Positions 1 through 8,212 of a DNA stretch of 43,391 nucleotides are shown here, in pieces. The position numbers were made by a program, and so were the translations under genes. The stretch spans positions 3,485 through 46,875 of the forward strand of contig JAUQVK010000089.1 of assembly GCA_039794845.1 (NCBI GenBank), in the 5' to 3' direction. Each line of letters opens with the position of its first letter. The first letter of the stretch is position 1. This DNA is from Thermostichus sp. DRC_bins_24. GTDB lineage: Bacteria > Cyanobacteriota > Cyanobacteriia > Thermostichales > Thermostichaceae. Below the pieces are notes generated by a model, which saw only the letters and a program-made list of their open reading frames with translations, was not told the origin of the DNA and made no database searches.

Positions 1-107
1 TCCTCAGCCATATTCTCAAAATCTAACTGATTCCACTGCTGAGATCGAAGTAAAGATGCCATCTTTTGTGACCACAGGTAGTAGTCTTGATTATAAAGAT
101 TAATCAT
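1..107 (-). CDS. DUF29 family protein, second tandem copy; 5' part only, runs off the window edge
   Basis: Not in the ORF track. Manual translation from the ATG at 107 gives MINLYNQDYYLWSQKMASLLRSQQWNQLDFENMAE, closely paralogous to the N-terminus of 104..568. ATGA overlap with that gene's stop (104-107). Confidence 0.85.
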   Translation of the reverse strand, partial: MINLYNQDYYLWSQKMASLLRSQQWNQLDFENMAE

Positions 108-568
108 GAGCTTGCCTGATCTGAAGCAGAATTCGGAAGAAAGTCAGAGTTGAGAATATCTTCAATTGCAAAGGGACATTCAGAAGGAAATACTGTAATT
201 CCAAGCCCAGTTTCATCAGCTGCCAGTTGTCTAGCATTTTCATACATTTCTGGGACAATCTCAACCAAGTATGGCTTCAGGCTGGGACTTTCTTTGATTT
301 CTTTTTCAATTCTTTGACGATGCTCTCGGATTGTGTATCTCCAGCTATTGGTTTGTTTGGCTGGCTGATATCTCCACTTGAGCAAATGCATCAAGAGAAT
401 GGTAAGGTTACTCTCAAGGGCACGTCTTTCAGATCGTCCCAAGCTCTCGATCTCCTCGGCGATATTATCGATGTCTAGCTCATCCCAGTGTTTGTTTCGG
501 AGGAGAGCTGCCATTTTTTGTGACCATAGGTAGTAGTCTTGATCATATAGAGAGGTGGGTGCAGTCAT
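104..568 (-). CDS. DUF29 family protein
   Basis: Typical DUF29 motifs: LYDQDYYLW, LDIDNIAEEIESLGRSE, HLLKWRYQP, SPSLKPY, FPSECPF. Confidence 0.9.
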   Translation of the reverse strand: MTAPTSLYDQDYYLWSQKMAALLRNKHWDELDIDNIAEEIESLGRSERRALESNLTILLMHLLKWRYQPAKQTNSWRYTIREHRQRIEKEIKESPSLKPYLVEIVPEMYENARQLAADETGLGITVFPSECPFAIEDILNSDFLPNSASDQASS

Positions 569-570
569 GG

Positions 571-1515
571 TTATCCCTCCAATAACTTGGTTAGGGTGAT
601 TCCTTCAGGTAGATCGCTATCGTGAATAGCTACATCGTAATCGGCAAACTTACGGGGTGTCAGGATCCCGTCTTTGCGCTGGATTTGGATGCGTTCAAAC
701 AGTTTGTGGGCAGGGGCATTGCCGAGTTTTTTCCCATGGCTGAAGATATACAGGCCTCTTGGGGACATCTGACCGCGGCTGGCACTGCGGTCGAGATCCC
801 ACATAAACATCAAGGCATCCCAGAAAAGTTCGAGATCGGTGCTGGTGACGCCAGTTTGCTCAGCCAAATAAGGGGAGAAAAATCCGTGGGCAACATAAAG
901 ACCGTAGGGAATTAGCGTTTTGCGACCCATTTCGGTAACTTTGCCGCCACCTTTTTTGCTGCCATCCTCAGATTCCAACACTTTAGCATCTTCGGGTTTT
1001 GTGATGGCAATTCGAGTGATCGCCATATCCAAAGGCATAATCGGATCCACCGACCGAGCAAAGGTGATCTGGATGGGGCCACGCACTTGCCCACAATTGA
1101 CCCCTGTGGTCATGACTGCGCCAAACATGCGAATGTCATAAAAGTTTTTGCACATCCAGGTGCGTGCCTTGTTGACATCCTCTCGATTTTGCTTTGTGCC
1201 TGTCGATTTAATTTCGGATGCTTCGTAGGCACGGGCATGCAGATCATTGAGGGCAATCCCTTTGTTTTGAACATAGATTTTGGTGGTTTCCTGTTGGCCA
1301 TATTCCAGGTCAATAAAGTTACGGATTTTCCGCTTAAGACAGACATCGGTTACCAAGCCTTGCATCGTTTCGGGATCGGTTCTGGGCAAGTTGCCGCCAT
1401 CGGGATCCCCATTGGGATTGCCATCTACGACATCAAAGAGCAAGACAAAATCATGGCGTTTTTGTGGATCACAATGAATGGGGGTTTGTTTTGTTTGATT
1501 TGTAGTGTCAGTCAT
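571..1515 (-). CDS. cas7: Type I-C CRISPR-associated Cas7/Csd2
   Basis: NPNGDPDGGNLPRTD, TDVCLKRKIRN, FYDIRMFGAV, GQVRGPIQ and MGRK motifs; follows cas8c. Confidence 0.95.
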   Translation of the reverse strand: MTDTTNQTKQTPIHCDPQKRHDFVLLFDVVDGNPNGDPDGGNLPRTDPETMQGLVTDVCLKRKIRNFIDLEYGQQETTKIYVQNKGIALNDLHARAYEASEIKSTGTKQNREDVNKARTWMCKNFYDIRMFGAVMTTGVNCGQVRGPIQITFARSVDPIMPLDMAITRIAITKPEDAKVLESEDGSKKGGGKVTEMGRKTLIPYGLYVAHGFFSPYLAEQTGVTSTDLELFWDALMFMWDLDRSASRGQMSPRGLYIFSHGKKLGNAPAHKLFERIQIQRKDGILTPRKFADYDVAIHDSDLPEGITLTKLLEG

Positions 1516-1960
1516 GGTTCGTATCTCCTTGAGTGTCCATCTGAGCTTGCTTTTTCTTCTCGGCTCCTTCTACGGCGCGGCGGCGGTTTTCCGCCCGTTG
1601 GTGGTAGTAGCCAAGTCCAAATAGGCTCTGCTGTTGCATGGTTAATGATGTGGGCAGTGTGGCCGGATCCAGGCTGGCTGAGATCTCCTCCAATTGCCGT
1701 TCTAGAGCTTCATAGGTTCCTCTGGAGTCCTTGCGGATTTTTGCCAAATGAGGCTGAGCCTTGGCGATGAGATCCCCCAGGATTTTTTTGGGTGTGGTGG
1801 ATGCAGCTGTGTAGTACCGATCCACCAGGGTTGTATTGATGCCTTTTTGGGCAGAGCGTTGGATAATCTCCAGTTGGGCAAAAAGCCGACCACAGTGATA
1901 GGCCGCTTGATCGGGGGGATCCAGCTCTGGGTTGAGATTCAGGGATTCTAGATTGGGCAT
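1508..1960 (-). CDS. cas11: Cas11 small subunit translated from an internal in-frame start within cas8c (150 aa, MPNLESLNLNPE...)
   Basis: In-frame ATG at 1960 preceded by GGAGGAGG (1973-1980, minus strand), just before the helical C-terminal domain. Internal Cas11 translation is established for types I-B, I-C and I-D. Confidence 0.75.
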   Translation of the reverse strand: MPNLESLNLNPELDPPDQAAYHCGRLFAQLEIIQRSAQKGINTTLVDRYYTAASTTPKKILGDLIAKAQPHLAKIRKDSRGTYEALERQLEEISASLDPATLPTSLTMQQQSLFGLGYYHQRAENRRRAVEGAEKKKQAQMDTQGDTNHD

Positions 1961-3274
1961 AGGGTGGGTTGTCCTCCTCCAGTGAGATAACAAAATCAGC
2001 TTGATCAGGGCCGCACGAGCATGGGGAATGTCTCCTTCTACGGCAGTGCGCCGGTTGGCTTTGGCCAGCAGGTGGTCTGGGATCCCTTCACCTGCTAAGG
2101 CACAACGAAGCAGGGCGGTGGGAACCGTGGGCTGCATTTCTTTATTAGGATCCCGGTAAGCACTGGCCGCCAATGCGTAAACTCCAAAGGGTCTGGCGGG
2201 TTGTCCATAGGGATCCACAATGGTTTGACTTTGGAACCATAGCCTGAGGTTGTCTTGCACATGGGGCACGGTGGTCTGTAGCCAGTCCCGCACCACAGCT
2301 CGGGCATTGTTGGCGGTCAGGGAGAGGGCATAAAATTCATTTTCGTGACCCTCAACGGTGTAGTTTTGTTGGCCAGAGAGAGCTGATTTGAGGAGGTTTT
2401 GCACATCCTCAGCTTCGGGTTTGTCTAGAAGGGAAAAAGGATCAAAATCATCGGGATCCCGTGTCCAAAAGACAAATACATTAGGTTTTACCTGCAGATG
2501 GCTTTTCTCGTCTTTCAATAAATGGTTGAGGGCTTTGCCAAATTTCTCGGCAGCCCTACGGGAGATGGGGGAAGTGAATGAATTCTGTAGGCCATAGGAG
2601 GTAAAGGCATTTGCATTGGCCGAAACTAAAGAAGTGCCTGAGGGTTGGCCATCGGGGATCCCTTTGATGGGTTCGGGCAAGCGATCGACGACCTCAGTTA
2701 TCTGCCCGGTTACTAGGCACATCATGACGGGGAGTGGGTCTGGGTTATCCCCACCTGCTGTGTAGCGTGCCCAAAACTCTTGTATAGCGTGGTTGTCTGG
2801 ATGATCATCAGCCGGGATCCTTGTCCCAACTCGAAAGGTCACTGTACCGCCGGGATCAAACCCTTCGGGCAGTTGAGCCTGTGAGGGATCCCACGTTCCC
2901 AAAAAGTTCTCAATGGCTTGAACGGCAGGATCCCGGGTAGCACCCGCACAGGCCTGGACTAGCTGCTTAAATTGTTGATGGCATTTGGCAACCCGCTCTG
3001 GTTTGGCTCCTTCTTTGGGGATCCCTAGAACGTATTCACCCGTATCCGCCAGCAAAATCGGTTGGATCCCAACTGTTCGCTTTTTGGGCAATTTCGGAAC
3101 AGTTTTTGGGATCCCACGTTGGGTGGCTTTGCTGTCTCCCCCCTGTGGAATAAACCCCAGCAGGGATCCCTGTGGATCCAGATCGATTACCCAGCGAACT
3201 GGGGTCTCGCCATACATTTCGGGTGGCAGATTCAGACGAGTATCGGCGAACTCTTTGAGCTTGGTCAAAATCAT
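1508..3274 (-). CDS. cas8c: Type I-C CRISPR-associated Cas8c/Csd1
   Basis: CLVTG, SLVSANANAFTSYG, NNARAVVRDW and C-terminal AYHCGRLFAQLE...FGLGYYHQR; lies between cas5 and cas7. Confidence 0.92.
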   Translation of the reverse strand: MILTKLKEFADTRLNLPPEMYGETPVRWVIDLDPQGSLLGFIPQGGDSKATQRGIPKTVPKLPKKRTVGIQPILLADTGEYVLGIPKEGAKPERVAKCHQQFKQLVQACAGATRDPAVQAIENFLGTWDPSQAQLPEGFDPGGTVTFRVGTRIPADDHPDNHAIQEFWARYTAGGDNPDPLPVMMCLVTGQITEVVDRLPEPIKGIPDGQPSGTSLVSANANAFTSYGLQNSFTSPISRRAAEKFGKALNHLLKDEKSHLQVKPNVFVFWTRDPDDFDPFSLLDKPEAEDVQNLLKSALSGQQNYTVEGHENEFYALSLTANNARAVVRDWLQTTVPHVQDNLRLWFQSQTIVDPYGQPARPFGVYALAASAYRDPNKEMQPTVPTALLRCALAGEGIPDHLLAKANRRTAVEGDIPHARAALIKLILLSHWRRTTHPMPNLESLNLNPELDPPDQAAYHCGRLFAQLEIIQRSAQKGINTTLVDRYYTAASTTPKKILGDLIAKAQPHLAKIRKDSRGTYEALERQLEEISASLDPATLPTSLTMQQQSLFGLGYYHQRAENRRRAVEGAEKKKQAQMDTQGDTNHD

Positions 3275-3985
3275 TGGGGGATCCTCAAAATGCCACGCTC
3301 GAGTCGAGCCCGAAAAAACTTGGGTTGAGCCTTACCTTTGACAACTTGGGATCCCTGACCATTGTGAGTCAGGTATTGAACGGATCCCGACAAATCTTCA
3401 GTAAACTCGACATCCTGCACCATCAAGCCCAGTTCATCACTTAGGGCAATGGGCTGTTCGGTTCCATCGGGCTCTGTAAAATAGGCGGTGAACTCACGGG
3501 TGCCCAGGTAGGGCTGATGATGACATTGCCCTTTGGCCACACGGCGGCGGAATTGATCCCGGTATTTAGCGACAGGATCGGTAGCATGGGGTTTGAGACT
3601 GATATCGGCCCAGATCAGATAGGCCACATCTCGCAAGCAGAGGGTGTGCCGTTGGGCGCGGTCCTCCTCTGCAAAAAATCCTCCGATGCCATCTTTACTC
3701 CATCCCTGAGCAGATCGGTCGCTCTGCCAGGTGGTGATCTCGTTGCGCAAAATTGAAAAGCGGCGAATTGGCCGGAGTACCCATATTTCCTGCAGCTGCC
3801 AGACAAACTCTGGTTTCCTGCAGCTGCCAGACAAACTCTGGTTTCCAAAAGATCGCCTCCAGGATCCCACGGGCCGCACTGGGGGTCATGACCTCGTAGC
3901 TGACCCGTTCTGCCCCAAACTCAGGGCGTGTGAAACAGGCAAAATCTCCCCAAACCTTAACAGAGAGCCAGCTTGGATGGCTCAT
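3271..3985 (-). pseudogene. cas5: Type I-C Cas5 (Cas5d), frameshifted by a 28-bp tandem duplication
   Basis: N-terminal half (VWGDFACFTRPE...ERVSYEVMTPSAARGILEAIFWKP) is in ORF 3695..3985 and C-terminal half (LRDVAYLI...GQCHHQPYLGTREF) in ORF 3271..3879. Removing one 28-bp copy gives an intact 687-nt frame (228 aa). Confidence 0.9.
3786..3846. repeat. Perfect 28-bp tandem duplication bounded by TTTCC microhomology
   Basis: TTTCCTGCAGCTGCCAGACAAACTCTGG at 3786-3813 and 3814-3841, then TTTCC at 3842-3846. Confidence 0.97.
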
Positions 3986-4060
3986 CGCTCCCCCTCCGAT
4001 TCATGCTTTGGCAGATTACAAACTGTTTTGCGACAAAACAGGTATCCTTTGAAGTTTAGC

Positions 4061-6286
4061 CTACAAAATGAGATCCACAGGATCATAGGCTACAGGCTCC
4101 TGGCCCAACTGGATCCCTTTCAGTGGGTCATAGCCCCCTTCCCACAGCCAGAGGTTGGGGGCGATCTCTGTTCGGGATCCTTCGGAGAGGCGAAACTCAT
4201 GGGGGCGCAAGTTGACCAGATAGGGCTGTAGGGCACGGTGGTCACTTGAAAACAGTCCGCGTCTGCGGATCCGCTGCACAATCTCCTCGCACCCTTCATA
4301 GTTCACCACCACCGGCTGGGATCCCTCAGGGATGAGACGCAATCGTTTGGCCACTTCTGGATAGTCCATAGCCTTGCGCAGGGTTTGGATGTTGTGCTTA
4401 TCCAGCTCAACGGTTTGATACAGACGCTGAAAGTAATCTTGAAAAAGTTCTGAATCTGAGAGGTTCAAAGGGTGGTGTTGCAGCAGTTGTTGGGTTGCGG
4501 CGACAGCAGAGGCATATTCTCCCCTGGGCATTCCCCCGGCTTGAGGTTCAAAGATGACCACCCGTCCCAAATCAGGTTGTTTTCCCTCTCGATTACACCG
4601 ACCTGCCGCCTGCACGATGCGATCCAGCGGCCCCAAAGCCCGATACACCACTGGAAAATCCACATCCACCCCGGCTTCTACCACCTGGGTCGAGATCAAC
4701 CAACAGGAATCCCCGGTTTTGAGTCGCTGCCGTACCTCTCTGAGCACCTGTCGACGATGTTGTCCACACAACAAGGTTGAAAGGTGAAAGAGGCCCTCTT
4801 GGGATCCCAAGGCATCGAGTACAGCTAGGGCATCCTTGCGGGTGTTGAGCACCACCAAGGCCTGCTGCTGATCAGTAATGTCTGATGCCAGATCTGACCA
4901 ACTCCAGGGTTGAGGGGGCAGCTCAATTTGAACACGATTGAGCCGGCGAAAATGCTTCCTAGCCCGCTCGGGAGGGATAATGTCTTGAATCGTTTCAAAT
5001 CCTCTCAAATAATGGGAGTTGCCTTCTAGAGCGGGCTGGGTTGCGGTACACAACACTACGGTGACGCGGTAGTGCCGTACCAAATCTGCCAGTACATTCA
5101 GGATGGGATCCAGAAGCCCCAAGGGTAGGGTTTGCACCTCGTCTAAAATCATCACACTGTTGGCAATGTTGTGGAGTTTGCGGCAGTGGCTGGGGCGATG
5201 GGCAAACAGGCTCTCGAACAGTTGCACCGTGGTGGTGACAATCAAGGGGGCATCCCAATTTTGGGTGGCGAGCCGGGCTTGGGCGTAGGCTTGTTGGGCA
5301 TTTTCATCCAGAGTTTCTCCCGAAGCCAGAGGATCCCGCACGGCGCTGTGATGTTCCAACACGGCGTGGGATCCCAAGATCTGACGATAAATCTCGGCGG
5401 TCTGCTCGATGATGCTGGTGTAAGGAACAGCCACGATGACCCGATCCATGGAGTGGGTTAGGGCATGACGAAGGCCAAAGGCCAATCCACTGCGGGTTTT
5501 GCCACCTCCTGTGGGCACCGCCAAGCGATAGACGCCGGGATCCCCTTGGGCGGCATCCAGACAAGCCTGATAGACTTCTGCTCGCACACGATTCACGGCA
5601 GATTGAGTCAGGGCCGGATCGATTTGATTCAAAAAATCCTGCCGCTCCTGCTGAAAGGAGTTCCACAAATCCTCGATAGACGGATAGTTCCCCCGTTGCT
5701 GGGCTTTTTCCGGGTCAAAATGAGCTTCGGTATCCAGATAGTCGGCATCCACCAATGCCGAAAACAAAAAACGGGAAAAGAGTTCCCACCGCCAGGGATC
5801 CCGTCCTAACTGCTGGATTTCCTGTCTGCACTCAGGGGAGGGCTGAAGGGGGATCCCGTCTTGTTCGGCTCGTTGTAAAATATCTCGATAAACCGCTTGC
5901 CAATTGGGATCCCTGCGTTTTTCCGCCAGCTTGTTTTTTAGGTCAGATGGAGCCGGGATCCCACTGTGATGGCCATAGATCAGGGTGGCGAGTGGGGGAA
6001 GAATTTCTGCGGCCAAAAAAGCTCCATGAATGGCATGGGGCTGGCTGCGCCGCGGGAGAGATGTTCCTTGGGTTGTGGCTTTATGGCACTGTTCAAGATA
6101 AGTCTGGAAAGCAGGATTGTATTTTCCTAAGTCATGCCATAGGCCTGCATAAAACCCCAATTGACCCGCTCCTAATCGATGGGAGAAGGATAGCGCCGTA
6201 TTGGCTACTGATCGCAGGTGATCCTTGAGGTCGTGCCAAGTTCCGAGAGGGTTGGGGGTGTGTGCTTTGGAGGAGCTAAGAATCAT
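4061..6286 (-). CDS. cas3: CRISPR-associated HD nuclease/helicase Cas3
   Basis: HD domain (HDLKDHL, WHDLGK, GHHSG, LVDADYLDT) fused to an SF2 helicase (PTGGGKT, ILDEVQ, TAT, QAAGRCNR). Confidence 0.96.
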   Translation of the reverse strand: MILSSSKAHTPNPLGTWHDLKDHLRSVANTALSFSHRLGAGQLGFYAGLWHDLGKYNPAFQTYLEQCHKATTQGTSLPRRSQPHAIHGAFLAAEILPPLATLIYGHHSGIPAPSDLKNKLAEKRRDPNWQAVYRDILQRAEQDGIPLQPSPECRQEIQQLGRDPWRWELFSRFLFSALVDADYLDTEAHFDPEKAQQRGNYPSIEDLWNSFQQERQDFLNQIDPALTQSAVNRVRAEVYQACLDAAQGDPGVYRLAVPTGGGKTRSGLAFGLRHALTHSMDRVIVAVPYTSIIEQTAEIYRQILGSHAVLEHHSAVRDPLASGETLDENAQQAYAQARLATQNWDAPLIVTTTVQLFESLFAHRPSHCRKLHNIANSVMILDEVQTLPLGLLDPILNVLADLVRHYRVTVVLCTATQPALEGNSHYLRGFETIQDIIPPERARKHFRRLNRVQIELPPQPWSWSDLASDITDQQQALVVLNTRKDALAVLDALGSQEGLFHLSTLLCGQHRRQVLREVRQRLKTGDSCWLISTQVVEAGVDVDFPVVYRALGPLDRIVQAAGRCNREGKQPDLGRVVIFEPQAGGMPRGEYASAVAATQQLLQHHPLNLSDSELFQDYFQRLYQTVELDKHNIQTLRKAMDYPEVAKRLRLIPEGSQPVVVNYEGCEEIVQRIRRRGLFSSDHRALQPYLVNLRPHEFRLSEGSRTEIAPNLWLWEGGYDPLKGIQLGQEPVAYDPVDLIL

Positions 6287-6389
6287 GGGTACACCATTAC
6301 CGAGTGCAGCTAAACCAAGCCAATTCTTTGTCTGATGAAGGTGGGAATCTTATGTGGAAAGGCTATAAGCCTATCTTTGCGGAGATCCT

Positions 6390-7163
6390 CTACTGGGATC
6401 CCAAAATGCCCCGATGCTTAGCCACTTGAACAGCCCATCGGAAAGCCACCAGACCCAGGCCAAAATACAGGATCCCACTGGTTACGGCGATGAGCAGGCG
6501 CAACCCATCCAGATCAACATCTCGCACCATGACATCCCGCAAAAGCCCAGCTCCGGCGGTCATGGGCAGCCATTGCCCAACCCATTTTAGGGATCCCTGC
6601 CATTCTTCGGTGGGGGTAGCCAACAGAAATAACAACCCAAATTGACTGAGGATCAACAGTTGTTGGATGCGCTTAAAGATCAAGGCGGCGGATCCAAGTA
6701 AAAAGGCAAATCCGTAGGAGCCAAGTACCACACTGGCCAGGGGCAACACCAAGCTGGGAGGAAACCGCAACTGGCTGCCCGTCAGCAACAAAATGACCCC
6801 TAAAATGGTAATGACAATAGAAAAACGCAACAAAAAACTGGCACAAGCCCTGGCCAAAAAAATTGCAGCGGCCGAAAAAGGAGACAACAGCACTTGTTCT
6901 AGGGTACCGGTTTGGGCTTCGACTTGTAGGTTCAGGGCAATATCGTTGACGACAAAGATGACCAGTGTCCAGAGCACATAGCCAATCACGACGGCATCCA
7001 ATCGTTCGCCAAATTGGGAGGCCGGCCCCGCCACATACTGAGCACCGACAAACAAGGCATAGAAGAAAAAGGTGGTAATGAGGATCCCGCCCAGTGCTTC
7101 AACAGGATAACGAATGTATTGGATCCAGGAGCGCTTTAGTTCGGCAAGAAACAGTTGAATCAT
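6390..7163 (-). CDS. ABC-2 type transporter permease
   Basis: Several hydrophobic helices, EAQTGTLEQVLLSP motif; overlaps the ATPase stop. Confidence 0.85.
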   Translation of the reverse strand: MIQLFLAELKRSWIQYIRYPVEALGGILITTFFFYALFVGAQYVAGPASQFGERLDAVVIGYVLWTLVIFVVNDIALNLQVEAQTGTLEQVLLSPFSAAAIFLARACASFLLRFSIVITILGVILLLTGSQLRFPPSLVLPLASVVLGSYGFAFLLGSAALIFKRIQQLLILSQFGLLFLLATPTEEWQGSLKWVGQWLPMTAGAGLLRDVMVRDVDLDGLRLLIAVTSGILYFGLGLVAFRWAVQVAKHRGILGSQ

Positions 7164-8095
7164 GCTTTCCCATTCCCCTTTTTCAGAAGCTTGAGAAAAA
7201 TATGGGTGAGATCCGCTTCTTTGCGTTTCACATTGAGCAAGGGCAAAGGCCTCAGGATCTCCAGAACCCGATAAAATAACTCGGGATCCCCGGTAAATTG
7301 CATCTGATGGGGCTCGGACAGGGTCACTTCTAGGGATCCCAATTGTTCGGCCCGGATGGGGTCAAGGGCTTGTTCCAGCTCGATTTGGTATGTGCAGGTG
7401 GCACCGGCAAATTGTCGGATGAACTCCCGCGTTGGGGATTGGGCAATGATCATTCCCTGCTGAATCACGGCAACTTGATCCGAGAGGACTTCGGCGATGT
7501 CCAGTTGGTGGGTGGTGAGGAGAATGGCTCGTCCAGAGGCGGCAATTTGACGAATCAAGGATTTAACCGTTTGTGCCGATTCCACATCCAACCCCAAGGT
7601 CGGCTCATCCAACAGCAACAAGGCCGGTTGATGAATCAAGGCGGTGGCAATGGCCAATTTCTGCTGCATACCCCGCGAAAGGGTTTGTACGGCTACATCC
7701 CGTTTTTCCATTAAGCCAAAGGTCTCGAGAAGTTGAAGCCCCCGTTGACGGGCTGTTTTGGCGGAGAGGCCACGTAAGACACCGAAGTATTCCAGGTTTT
7801 GCATCGAGGTGAGCCGCCAGTAGAGGTTGCGATTGCCCTCGAGCACCGCTCCCACTTGGGCCAAGGTTGCCGGATCTTGATGGGGATCCCGTCCCACGAT
7901 GCGCACTGTGCCGGCATCAGGCCGGATCAACCCTGCAATCAGTTTGATGGTGGTGGTTTTGCCTGCCCCGTTCGGCCCCAAAAAGGCCAAGACCTCGCCG
8001 GCGGCAATTGTGAGGGAGACATCTACCACCGCTTGCACCTGCTTGCCCCCTTGCCGGTAGGACTTTTTCAGATGCTGGGCTTCTAGGGTTTTCAT
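7160..8095 (-). CDS. ABC transporter ATP-binding protein (drug-exporter type)
   Basis: Walker A GPNGAGKTT, signature LSRGMQQK, Walker B LLLLDEPT, TTH switch; ATG at 8095 chosen as start. Confidence 0.93.
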   Translation of the reverse strand: MKTLEAQHLKKSYRQGGKQVQAVVDVSLTIAAGEVLAFLGPNGAGKTTTIKLIAGLIRPDAGTVRIVGRDPHQDPATLAQVGAVLEGNRNLYWRLTSMQNLEYFGVLRGLSAKTARQRGLQLLETFGLMEKRDVAVQTLSRGMQQKLAIATALIHQPALLLLDEPTLGLDVESAQTVKSLIRQIAASGRAILLTTHQLDIAEVLSDQVAVIQQGMIIAQSPTREFIRQFAGATCTYQIELEQALDPIRAEQLGSLEVTLSEPHQMQFTGDPELFYRVLEILRPLPLLNVKRKEADLTHIFLKLLKKGNGKA

Positions 8096-8212
8096 GGGCA
8101 AGGGCTCAAACGGGGGAATGGCCGGCCATTCTTGTCCAGTCTGTCATAGCCAGGAGGGGGCCGGCTCTACAGATGGTGGTGAGTGGGAGTTCCATGAGCT
8201 TTTAGGGAGCTT

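Noticed and set aside
3786..3841. Mini CRISPR array within the cas operon
   Set aside because: The 28-bp copies abut with no spacer and are cas5 coding sequence (KPEFVWQLQE).
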